From NCBI GenBank assembly GCA_009914755.4, contig CP068257.2, positions 6,816,001-6,880,000 on the forward strand: a stretch of DNA of 64,000 nucleotides. Direction: 5' to 3'. The notes beneath the pieces were generated by a model that searched no databases, was not told the origin of the DNA, and saw nothing but the letters and a program-made list of their open reading frames with translations. This document shows positions 26,301 through 40,000 of this stretch, in pieces. The translations under genes and the position numbers were made by a program. The stretch comes from the human T2T-CHM13v2.0 reference genome, Homo sapiens. Positions within the stretch are counted from its first letter, which is position 1; the number at the start of each line of letters is the position of its first letter.

Positions 26301-29300
26301 GACCCGAGTGTAATGGTATAGAATGCAATGGAATGGAACGGAATGGAATGGAATAAAATGGAAAGGAATGGAATGGAATCGACCCGAGTGAAATGGAATG
26401 GAATGGAATGGAAAGGAAGTGAATCAACCTGAGTGGAATGGAATGGAATGGAATGGAATGGAATGGAATGGAATGGAATGGAATCAACCAGAATGGAGTG
26501 GAACAAAATGGAATGGAATGGAATGGAATGCAATGGAATCAATTGGAATGGAATGGAATGGATTGGAATGGAACAGAATCAACACGAATCAAATGGAATG
26601 GAATGGAATGGAATGCAATGGAATGGAATGGAATGGAAACTACTGGAATGGAATAGAATCAACCTGACTGGAATGGAATGCAATGGAATGGAATGGAATG
26701 AAATGGAATGGAAAGGAATAGAATGAAATCAACACTAGTGGAATGAATGGAATGGAATGGAAAGGAATGGAATGGAATGGAATGGAATCAACACGAATGG
26801 AATGGAACGGAATGGAATGGAATGGAATGGAATGGAATGGAATGTAACGGAATGGAATGCAATGGAATCAACTGGAATGGAATGGAATGGATTGGAATGG
26901 AACGGAATCAACATGAATCAAATGGAATGGAATGGAATGGAATGCAATGGAATGGAATGGAATGGAATGGAAACTACTGGAATGGAATAGAATCAACCCG
27001 ACTGGAATGGAATGCATTGGAATGGAATGGAATGAAATGGAATGGAAAGGAATGGAATGGAATCAACACTAGTGGAATGAATGGAATGCAATGGAAAGGA
27101 TTGGAATGGAATGGAACAGAATGGAATGGTATGGAATCAATCCGAGAGGAATAGTATGGAATGGAATGGAAAGGAACGAAATGGAATGGAATAAAATGTA
27201 ATTGAATGCAATGGAATCAACCCGAGTGAAATGGAATGGAATGGAATGGAATGGAATGGAATGCAATCAATCCGACTGGAATGCAATGGAATGGAATGGA
27301 AGGGAATGGAATGTAATGGAATCAACAAGAGTGGAATGGAATGGAATGGAATGGAATGGAATGGAATGGAATGGAATGGAATGGAATGGAAAAGAATCTA
27401 CCTATGTCAAATGGAATGGAATCGAATGGAATGGAAATTACTGGAATGGAATGGAAACAAACCGAGTGTAATGGAATGCATTGGAATGTAATGGAATGGA
27501 ATGGAATGGAATCAACACTAGTGGAATGAATGGAATGGAATGGAGAGGAATGGAATGCAATGGAGCGGAAAGGAATGGTATGGAATCATCCTGAGAGGAA
27601 TAGTATGGAATGGAATGGAATGGAACGGAATGGAATGGAATAAAATGTAATTGAATGCAATGGAATCAACCCGAGTGAAATAGAATGGAATGGAATGGAA
27701 TGGAATGCAATCAATCCGACTGGAATGCAATGGAATGGAATGGAAGGGAATGGAATGTAATGGAATCAACAAGAGTGGAATAAAATGGAATGCAACGGAA
27801 TCACCCCGAGTGGAATGAAATGGAATATAATGCAATGAAATGGAATGGAATCAACACTAGTGGAATGGAATAGAATGGAATGGAATGGAATGGAACGGAA
27901 TGCAAGGCAATGTAATCAACTGGAATGGAATGGAATGGAATGGAATGGATTGGAATGGAATGGAATGGAGTGGAATGGAGTGGAATGGAATAACATGCAA
28001 CCAACTTTGGTGGAATGGTATGGAATGGAATGGAAAGGAATGCAACGGAGTGGAATAAAAAAGGCATGGAATGGAACTGATTCAACCCGAATGGAATGGA
28101 ACGGAATGGAATGCAATGGAATCAACTGGAATGGAGTGGAATGGATTGGAATGGAACGGAATCAACCTGAGCGAAATAGAATGGAATGGAATAGATTGGA
28201 AACTACTGGAAGGGAATGGAAACAACCTGACTGGAATGGAATGCAATGGAATGGAATGGAATGGAATGGAATGGAATGGAATGGAATGGAATGGAATGGA
28301 AACAACCCGAATGAAATGGAATGGAATGGAAAGGAATGAATGCAATGGAATGGAATGGGATGGTATGGAATGCAATGGGATGGAATTGAATGGAATGGAA
28401 CGGAATGGAACGGAATGGAATGGACCTCAATGGAATGGAATGGAATGGAATGGATTGGAATGGGATGGAACGGAATTAACCCGAGTGGAATGGAATGGAA
28501 TGGAATGGAACGGAATGGAATGGAATGGAATGGACCCCAATGGAATGGAATGGAATGGAATGGAATGGAATGGAATCAACCCGAGTGGAATGTAATGGAA
28601 TGGAATGCAATGAAATGGAACGGTATGGAATCAACACTAGTGGAATGGTGTGGAATGGAATGGAACGGAACGGAATGGAATGGAATGGAATCAACGTGAA
28701 TGGAATGGAATGGAATGGAATGGAATGGAATGGAATGGAATCAACCAGAGTGGAATGGAATGGAATGGAATGTAACGGAAGGGAATGTAATGGAATCAAA
28801 TGGAATGGAATGGAATGGAATCAACCTGAGTCAAATGGAATGGAATGGAATGGAATGGAATGGACTGGAAACTACTGGAATGGAATGGAAACAACCCGAG
28901 TGGCATGGAATGCAATGGAATGGAATGGAATGGAACGGAATGGAATGGAATGGAATGGACTGGAAACTACTGGAATGGAATGGAAACAACCCGAGTGGCA
29001 TGGAATGCAATGGAATGGAATGGAATGGAATGGAATGGAATGGAATGGAAGGTAAAGGAATGGAATGGAATCAACCAGCCTGGAATGAAATGGAATGGAA
29101 AGGAATGAATGGAATGGAATGGAATGGAATGGAATGGAGTAAACCCGAGTGGAATGGAATGGAATGCAATGGAATGGAATGGAATGCAGTGGAATGGAAT
29201 GGAATGAAATGGAATGGAATGGATTGGAATGGAATTGAATGGAATCAACCGTAGTGGCATGGAATGTAATGGAATGGAGTGGAATGCAATGGAATGGAAT

Positions 29301-32300
29301 GGAATGGAATGGAATTGAAGGGAATTGACCCGAATGGAACGGATTGGAATGGAATGGAATGGAATGGAATCAAATGGAATGGAATGGAATGGTATGGGAT
29401 GAACCCGAGTGGAATGGTATGGAATGGAATGGAATGGAACGGAATCGAATGGAATAAAATGGAAAGGAATGGAATGGAATCAACCAGACTGAAATGCAAT
29501 GGAATGGAATGGAAAGGAATCAAGCGGAGTGGAATAGAATGGAATGGAGTGGAATTGAATGGAATGGAATGGAATGGAATGAAATGGAAAGGAACGGAAT
29601 GGAATCACCCCGAGTGGAATGGAACAGAATGGAATGGAATGGAATCAACCTGCGTGGAATGGAATGGAACGGAATGGAATGCGATGGAATGGAACGGAAT
29701 GGAATGGAATGGAACGGAATCATCCTGAGTGGAATGGAATGGTATGGACAGCAATGGAATGCAATGGAACAGAATGGAATGGAATGGAATGGAATAAACT
29801 GAATCCGAGTGAAATTGAATGGAATGGATTGGATTGGAATGGAATGGAAGGGATTGGAATGCAATGGAATGGATTCACCCAAGTGGAATGTAACAGTTAG
29901 GAATGGAGTGGAATGGAATGGATTGGAATGGAACCAACACGAATGGAATGGAACGCAATGGAAACGAATGGTATGGAATGGAATTGAATGGAAAGGAATC
30001 AACCCGAATGGAATGGAATGGAATGGAATGGAATGGAATGGAATGGAATGGAATGGAATCAACCAGAGAGCAATGCAATGGAATGGATTGCAACGGAATG
30101 GAATGGAATGTAACGGAACGGAACAAATGGAATGAACCCTAATGGAATGGAATGGAATGGAATGGATTGGAATGGAATGGAATGGAATCAACCAGAGTGG
30201 AATGGAATGGAATGGAATGGAGTGGAATGGAATGGAATTGAATGGAATGGAATAGAATGGAATCAACCCGAATGGAATGGAATGGAATGGAATGGAATGG
30301 AATGGAATGGAATGGAAAGGAATGGAATGCATTTGACTGGAATGGAATACAATGGAATCAAGTGGAATGGAATGCAATGGAATGGAATGGAAAGGAACTG
30401 CATCAACCTGAGTGGAATGGAATGGAATGGAAAGGAATGGATTGGAATGGAATGGAATGGAATCAACCCGAGTGGAGTTGAATAAAATGGAATGGAATGG
30501 AATGGAATGGAATGGAATGGAATGGAATCAACTGGAATGGAATAGAATCAACCCGAGTGGAGTGGAATAAATGGAGTGGAATGGAATGGAATCAAGCCGA
30601 GTGGAACGGAATGGAATAGAATGGAATGGAATGGAATGGAATGGAATCAACCTGAGTGGAGTGGAATAAAATGGAATGGAATGGAATGGAATCAAGCCGA
30701 GTGGAATGGAATGGAATGGAATGGAGTGGAATGGAATGGAATCAACCCGAGTGGAATGGAATGGAATGGAATGGAATGGAATGGAATGGAATGGAATGGA
30801 ATGCAATAGAATCAACTGGAATGGAATGGAATGGAATGGAATGGAATGGAATGGAATGGAAAGAATCAACCTGAGTCAAATGGAATGGAATGGAATGGAA
30901 TGGAATGGAATGGAATGGAATGGAATGGAAACTACTGGAATGGAATGGAAACAAACCGAATGGAATGGAATGCATTGGAATGTAATGGAAAGGAATGGAA
31001 TGGAATCAACCCTAGAGGAATGAATGGAATGAAATGGAAAGGAATGGAATGGAATGGAGCAGAATTGAATGGTATGGATTCAACCGGAGAGGAATAGTAT
31101 GGAATGGAATGGAATGGAACGGAATGGAATGGAATAAAATGTAATTGAATGGAATAGAATCAACCCACAGGAAATGTAATATAATGGAATGGAATGGAAT
31201 GGAATGAACCCGAGTGGAATGCAATGGAATGGAATGGAATGGAATGGAATGGAATGGAATAAACCATAGTGGAAAGAAATGGAATATAATGCAATAGAAT
31301 TGAATGGAATCAACCCCAGTGGAGTGGAACAGAATGGAATGAAAAGTAACAGAATGGAAGGCAATGCAATGAACTGGAATGGAATGGAAAGCAATGGAAT
31401 GGAATGGAATGGAATGGAGTCAATCCGGGTGGAATGGAATGGAATGGAATGGAATGGAATGGAATGGAAAGGAATGCATTGGAATGGAATTGAATGGAGT
31501 GGAATGGAATGGAATGGAATGGAATGGAAAGGAATGCATTGGAATGGAATTGAATGGAGTGGAATGGAATGGTATGGCATGGAATGGAATATACCCGAAT
31601 GGAATGGAACAGAATGGAATGGAAAGGAATGGAAAGGAATGGAATGGAATGGAGTGGAATGGAATGGAACGCTACGGAGTCAAACCGGGTCTAATGGAAA
31701 TAAATGGAATGGAATGGAATGGAATCAACCCGAATGGAATGGAATGGAATGGAATGGAAAGGAAAGAATGGAATGGAAGGTCATGGAATCAACCCGAGTG
31801 GAATGGAATGGAATGGAATGGAATGGAATGGAATGGAATGGAATGGAATGGAATGCAAAGGAATGGAATGGAATGGAATGGAATGCAAAGGAATGGAATG
31901 GAATGGAACGGAAAGAAACGGAATGGAATGTCACGGAATGGAATGAACCCGAATGGAATGGAATGGAATGGATTGGAATGGAATGGAATGGAATCAACTC
32001 GAGTGGAATGGAATATAATGGAATGAGTGGAATGGAATGGAATGGAATGGAATGGAGTGGAATGGAATGTAATGGAATGGAATGGAATGGAATCATCACG
32101 AATGGAATGGAATGGAATGGAATGGAATGGAACGGAACGAAACGGAATGGAATGGAATGGAATGGAATGAACCCGAATGGAATGGAATGGAATGGATTGG
32201 AAAGGAATGGAATGGAATCAACTCGAGTGGAATGGAATGTAATGGAATGGAGTGGAATGGAATGTAATGGAATGTAATGTAATGGAATGGAATGGAATGG

Positions 32301-35300
32301 AATGGAAGGGAATCATCCCGAATGGAATGGAATGGAATGGAATGGAATAGAATGGAATGGAATCAACGCGAATGGAATGTAATGGAATGGAATGGAATGG
32401 AATGGAATTGTACGGAATGACCTGAGCGGAATGATATAGAATGCAATGGAATGGAACGGAATGGAATGGAATAAAATGGAAAGGAATGGAATGGAATCAA
32501 CCCGAGTGAAATGGAATGGAATGGAATGGAAAGGAACTGAATCAACCTGAGGGGAATGGAATGGAATGGAATGGAATGGAATGGAATGGAATGGAATCAA
32601 CTAGAATGGAGTGGAATAAAATGGAATGGAATGGAATGGAATCAACCCGATTAGAACGGAATGGAATGGAATGGAATGGAATGGAATGGAATGGAATGGA
32701 ATCAACCCGAGTGGAATGGAATGGAAAGGAATGGAACTGAACTGAATGGAATGCAATGGAATCAAATGGAATGGAATGGAATGGAATGGAAAGGCATCAA
32801 CCCGAGTGGAGTGTAATAAAATGGAATGGAATAGAATGGAATGGAATCAAGCCGAGTGGAATGGAATGGAATGGAATGGAATGGAATGGAATCAACCCGA
32901 GTTGAATGGAATGGAATGCAATGGAATCAACTGGAATGGAATGGCATGGATTGGAATGGAACGGAATCAACATGAATCAAATGGAATGGAATGGAATGGA
33001 ATACAATGGAATGGAATGGAATGGAATGGAACGGACGGAATGGAATGGAATGGAATGGAATGGAATGAAGCCGAATGGAATGGAACAGAATAGATTGGAA
33101 TGGAATGGAATAGAATCAACCGGAGTGGAATGGAATGTTATAAAACCGAATGGAATGGAATGGAATTGAATGGAATGTAACGGAATGGAATGGAATGGAA
33201 ACGAATCAACCCGAGTGGAATGGAATGCAATGGAATTTAATGGCATGGAATGGAATGGAATGGTATGGAATAAACCCGAGTGGAATGGTGTGGAATGGAA
33301 TGGAATGGAACGGAATGGAATGGAATAAAATGGAATGGAATGGAATGGAATCAACCCGAGTGAAATGGAAAGGAATGGAATGGAATGGAATGGAATGGAA
33401 TGGAATGGAATGGAATGGAATCTACCGGAGTGGAGTGGAATGGAATGGATTTCAATGGAATGGAATTTAATGGAATGGAATGGAATGGAAAGGAACGGAA
33501 TGGAAAGGAACGGAATGGAATCAACCCGAGTGGAATGGAGTGAAATGGAATGGAATGGAATGGAATGGAATGGAATGCAAAGGAATGGAATGGAATGGAA
33601 TGGAACGAAATGGAATGGAATGGAATGGAATGGAATGAACCCGAATGGAATGGAATGGAATGGAATGGATTGGAATGTAATGGAATGGAATCAACTCGAG
33701 TGGAATGGAATGGAATGGAATGGAGTGGAATGGAATGGAATGGAATGGAGTGGAATGGAATGGAATGGAATGGAACGGAACGGAATGGAATGGAATGGAA
33801 TGGAATCAACCCGAGTGGAATGGAATGGAATGGAATGGAATGGAATGGAATGGAATGGAATCAACCCGAATGGAATGGAATGGAATGGAATGGAATGGAA
33901 TGGAATGGTATGGAATGACCCCAGTGGAATTGTATAGAAAGGAATGGAATGGAACAGAATGGAATGGAATAAAATGGAAAGGATTGGAATGGAACTGACC
34001 CGAGTGAAATGGAATGGAATGGAATGGAATGGAAAGGAAGTGCATCAACCTGCGTGGAATGGAATGGAATGGAATGGAATGGAATGGAATCAACTAGAAT
34101 GGAGTGGATTAAAATGGAATGGAATGGAATGGAACCAACCCGATTAGAAGGGAATGGAATGGAATGGAATGGAATGGAATCAACCCGAGTGAAATGGAAT
34201 GGAATGGAATGGAACTGAACGGAATGGAATGCAATGGAATCAACTGGAATGGAATGGAAAGGAATCAACCAGAGTGGAGTGTAATCAAATGGAATGGAAT
34301 GGAATGGAATGGAATCAACCCGATTGGAACGGAATGGAATGGAATGGAATGGAATGGAATGGAATTTAATGGAATGGAATGTAATGGAATTGAATCAACC
34401 CGAGTTGAATGGAATGGAATGGAGTGGAATGGAATGCAACGGAATGGAATGCAATGGAATCAACTGGAATGGAATGGAATGGATTGGAATGGAACGGAAT
34501 CAACATGAATCAAATGGAATGGAATGGAATGGAATGCAATGGAATGGAACGGAATGGAATTTAAACTACTGGAATGGAATAGAAACGACCCAACTGGAAT
34601 GGAATGCAATGGAATGGAATGGAATGGAATGAAATTCAATCATCACTAGTGGAATGAATGGAATGGAATGGAAAGGAATGGAATTGAATGGAACAGAAAG
34701 TAATGGTATGGAATCAATCCGAGAGGAATGGTATGGAATGGAATGGAGTGGAATGGAATGGAATGGAATAAAATGGAATTGAATGGAATGGATTCAACCC
34801 GAGTGAAATGGAATGGAATGGAATGGAATGGAATGGAATGGAATGGAATGGAATGCAATCAACCCTAGTGGAATGCAATGGAATAGAATGGAAGGGAATG
34901 GAATGGAATGGAATCAACCAGAGTGGAATGGAATGGAATGGAACGGAATCACCCCGAGTGGAATGAAATGGAATATCATGCAATGAAATGGAATGGAATC
35001 AACACTAGTGGAATGGAATAGAATGGAATGGAATGGAACGGAATGGAAGGCAATGTAATCAACTGGAATGGAATGGAGTGGAATGGAATGGAATGGAATC
35101 AATCCGGGTGGAATGGAATGGAATGTAATGGATTGCAATGGAATGGAATGGAGTGGAATGGAATGGAATGGAATGGCGTTTAATGGAATATACCCGAATG
35201 GAATAGAATGGAATGGAATGGAATGGAATGGAATGGAATGGAATGGAATGGAATCAACCCAAAAGTGATGGAATGGAAAGGAATGGAATCGAATGGAGTC

Positions 35301-37054
35301 AAACCAAGTGGAATGGAGTGGAATGAAACGAAGCGGAAGCAACCCGAGTTGAATGGAATGGAAAGGAATGGAATAGAATGGAATGGAATGGAATGGAATG
35401 GAATGGAATGGAATGGAATCAACCGGACTAGAATGGAATGGAATTGAATGGTATGAATGGAATGGAATTGTATGGAATCAACCCTAGTGGAATGGAATGG
35501 AATGGACTGGAATGGAATGGAATGGAATGGAATGGAATGGAACGGAATGGAATGGATTGGAATGGAATGGAAGGGAACGGAACGGAATGGAATGGAATGG
35601 AATGGAATGGAATGAACCTGAATGGAATGGAATGGAATGGAATGGAATGGAATTGAATCAACACAAGTGGAATGGAATGGAATGGAATGGAATTGAATCA
35701 ACACGAGTGGAATGGAATGTAATGGATTGGAGAGCAACTGAATGGAATTTAATCGAATGGATTGGAATGGATTAGAATCAACCCAAATGGAATGGAATGG
35801 AATGGAATGGAATGGAATGGAATGGTATGGAAAGAACCCGAGTGGAATGGTATGGAATGGAATGGTATGGAATCAACCTTAGTGGAATGGTATGGAATTT
35901 TATGGAATGGAATGGAATGGAATTCAATGGAATGGAATGGAAAAAATGGAACGGAATGGAATGGAATCAACCTGAGAGGAATGGAATGGAATGGAATGGA
36001 ATGGAATCGAATGGAATGGAATGGAATGGCATGGAATGGAATCAACCCAAGTGGAATGGAAAGGAATGGAATGGAATGGAATGGAATGGAATGGAATGGA
36101 ATGGAATGGAATTGAATGGAATGGAATGCAATGGAATGCAATGGAATCAACTGGAATGGAATGCAATGGAATGGAATGGGAAGGAACTGAATCAACCTGA
36201 GTGGAATGGAATGGAATGGAATGGAATGGAATGGAAATTAATGGAAAGGAATGGAAAAAACCTGAGGGGAATGGAATGCAATGGAATGGAATGGAATGGA
36301 ATCGAATGGAATTCAACGGAATGGAAACGACCCCGTTGCAGTGCAATGGAATGGATTGAACTGGAATGAAATGGAATGGATTGTAATCAACCCGTATCGA
36401 ATGCAATGGAATGGAATGGAAGGGAATGGAATGGAAAGGAATGGAATAAAATCAAATGGAATGGAATGGAATGGATTGGAATCAACCCGAGTCAAATGCA
36501 ATGGATAGGAATGGAATGGAATGGAATGGAATGGAATGGAATGGAATGGAATGGAATCAATTCGAGTGGAATGGAACTGAAAGGAAGGGAATTGACTGGA
36601 AACGTAACTACCCGAGTGGAGCGGAATGGAATGGAATGTAATAGAATGGAATGAGCCCCAGTGGAATGGAATGCAATGGAATGGAATGGAATGGAATCAA
36701 ACATGAGTGGAATGAAATGGAATGGAATCAACATAAGTGGAATGGATTGGAATGGGACGGAATGGAATGAAATGGAATGGAATGGAATGGAATGGAACGG
36801 AATGGGACGGAATGGAATGAAATGGAATGCAATGAAATGGGACGGAATGGAATGAAATGGAATGGAATGGAATGGAATGGAATGGAATGGAATGGAATGG
36901 AATGGAATAGACTGGAAAGGAAAGTAATGGAATGAAGTGAAATGGAAGGGATTCAACCCGAGCGGAATGGAATGCAATGAAATGGAATGCAATAGAAAGT
37001 AATGGAATGGAATCGATTGGAAACAACCTGAGTGGAATGGAATGGAATGGAATG
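26300..37054 (+). repeat. HSat3 domain B. Its marker set differs from domain A (the cccgattagaaactaatgg, aacatgcaatcaactttggtgg and aataaaagggcatgg inserts are absent, though cccgattagaa recurs once or twice). It has ~0.33-0.47-kb local sub-repeats and ~7.5-kb-distant diverged paralogues.
   Basis: atcaacactagtggaatgaatggaatgg occurs at 26728, 27064, 27515, ~27846, ~34645 and ~34995. ggaatggtatggaatcaatccgagaggaat(a/g)gtatgg occurs at ~27125, ~27590 and ~34710. NGMECNGINWNGMEWIGMERNQHESNGMEWNGMQWNG-type artefact ORFs occur at 26433, 26747, 32746 and 34294. Confidence 0.55.
28335..28700. repeat. Paralogue of 22500-22880 (near-identical)
   Basis: See the previous feature. The shared ggaatggaccccaatgg variant also occurs at ~6160, ~14045, ~22700 and ~28530. 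Confidence 0.8.
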
Positions 37055-40000
37055 AAATATCAAAGTACCATAACTAATATTATATACTGTTCATAAAATA
37101 TCAAAGTACCCAAACATATATTATATACTGTACATAAAATAACAAAGTACCCAAACTATATATTACATATAGTACATAAAATATCAAAGTACTAAAAGTA
37201 TATATTATATACTGAATATAAAATAACAAATTACCCAAACTATATATTGTATATTGTATATAAAATAAAAATTACACAAAATATATATTATATAATGTAC
37301 ATAAAATATCAAAGAACCCAAATTACATCTTATATACTGTACATAAAATATCAAAGTACCCAAAATATATATTCTATACTGTACATAAAATATAAAATAC
37401 GAAAAATATATATTCTATACTGTGCATAAAATATCAAAATACACTAAATATATATTATATACTGTACAGAAAATATCAAAGTAACCAAACTATATATTAT
37501 ATACTGTACATAAAATATCAAAGTACCCAAACTATATATTATATACTGTACATATAATATCAAATTACACAAACTATATATTATATACTGAACATAAAGT
37601 ATAAAATTACCCAAACGATATATTATAAACTGTACATAAAATATCAAAGTACACCAAATATATATTCCGTACTCTACATAAAATATTAAAGTACATCAAA
37701 TATATATTCTATACTGTACATCAATTATCAAAGTACATTAAATATATATTCTATAATTTAGATAAAATATAAAAGTACAACAAATATATATTCTATACTG
37801 TATATCAATTTTCAAAGTACATGAAATATATATTATATACTGTCCATAAAATATCAAAGTACACCAAATATATATTCTATCCTGTACATAAAATATCAAA
37901 TTACCCATACGATATATTATATACTGTACATAATATATCAAGGTACCCAAACATTATATTATATACTGTTCATAAAATATGAAAGTACACCAAATATATA
38001 TTCCATACTCTACATAAAATATCAAATTACATCAAATATAAAACCTATACTGTACAAAAAATATCAAAGTACACCAAATATATATTCTATACTGTACATA
38101 AAATATCAAAGTATGCAAAGTATATATCATATAATGTACATAAAATATCAAAGTATCCGAAGTATATATTATGTACTCTACATAAAATATCAATGTACAC
38201 AAATTTTATATTATATACTGTACAAAAAGTCAAAGCACACAAACTATATATTATATACTGTACATAATGTATCAAACTACACAAAATATATATTTTATAC
38301 TGTATATAAACTATCAAATTACCCAAACTATATATTATATACTGTACATAAAATATGAAAGTACACAAATTTTATATTATATACTGTACATAAAGTATCA
38401 AAGTACCCAAACTTTATATTATATACTGTAGATAAAACATCAAAGTACACCAAATATATATTATATACTGTACATAAAATATCAAAGTACCCAAACTATA
38501 TATTATATACTGTACATAAAATATCAAAGTACCCAAAGTATATATTATATACTATACATAAAATATCAAAGTACCCAAACTATATATTATATACTGTACA
38601 TAAAATATCAAAGTAGCAACACTATATATTGCATACTGTACATGAAATATCAAAGTACCCAAAATATATATTATGAACTGTACATAAAATATCAAAAGAC
38701 CCAAAATATATATTATATACTGTATGTAAAATATCAAAATACCAAAAATATATATTATATACTGTACATAAGATATCAAAGTACCAAAAATATATATTAT
38801 ATACTTTACCAAAAACCTCAAAGTATCCAAAATATATATGATATCCTCTACATAAAATATCACACTACTCAAATTATATATTATATACTGTATAAAAAAT
38901 ATCAAAGTACCCAAAATATATATTCTATACTGTACATAATATATCAAAGTACCCAAAGTAGATATAATATACTGTACATAAAATATCATAGTACACCAAA
39001 TATATATTATATACTGTACATAATATATCAAAGTACAACAAATATATATTATATACTGTACATAAAATATCAAAGTACTTAAAACATATATTACATACTG
39101 TCCATAAAATATCAATGTACCCAAAATATATTTTATATACTGTACTTAAAATATCAAAGTATGCAAACGATATATTATACACTGTACATAAGATATCAAT
39201 GTACCCAAACTATGTATTATATACTGTACATAAAATATCAAACTACGCAAAATATATATTATATACTATACATAAAATATCAAAGTTCCCAAAATATATA
39301 TTATATACTGTACATAAAATTTCAAAGTAACCAAAATATATATTAAATACTGCACATAAAATATCAAAGTACAAAAACTGTATATTACACACTATACATA
39401 AAATATCAAAGTACACATACTATATTTTATATACTGTACATAAAATATCAAAGTAGTATAACTATATTTTATATACTGTACATAAAATGCAAAGTACACA
39501 AACTACATATTATATACTGTACATAACATATCAAAGTACCCACAATATATATTATATACTGTACATAAAATATGAATGTACCCAAACTATATATTATATA
39601 ATGTATATAAAATATCAAAGTATCCACACTATATATTGTATGCTGTACATAAAATATCAAACTACCAAACTATATATTATATACTGTACATAAAAAATCA
39701 AACTTCCCAAAATATATATAATATACTGTACGTAAAATATGAAATTACCCATTATATATATTATGTACTGTACGTAAAACTTCAAAGGACCCAAAATATA
39801 TATTATATACGGTACATAAAATATCAAACTACCCCAACTATGTATTCTATACTGTACAAAAAATATCAAAGTTCACCAAATATATATTCTATACTGTACA
39901 TAAAATATCAAAGTACACCAAATTTATATTCAATACTTTACATAAAATATCAAAGTACGCAAAGTATATATTATATAATGTACATAAAATATCAAATTAA

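Larger units (their letters stand above)
1..37054 (+). repeat. Human Satellite III (HSat3) array: (GGAAT)n with interspersed CAACCCGAGT-type decamers. The G-rich GGAAT strand is the + strand.
   Basis: Seen directly: near-continuous ATGGA/GGAAT pentamers with recurring caacccgagtggaatgg, caacacgagtgg and ccacccgagtgg motifs. CGAATGGAAT and ATCATCGAATGG, the HSat2 signatures, are almost absent, which favours HSat3 over HSat2. Confidence 0.95.

Noticed and set aside
1-37054. GGAATG (TEAD/M-CAT-like) and nGAAn (heat-shock-element-like) motif density as regulatory sites
   Set aside because: They are a trivial consequence of the GGAAT pentamer. HSF1-driven satellite III transcription is known, mainly from 9q12, but nothing in the sequence marks a specific promoter here.
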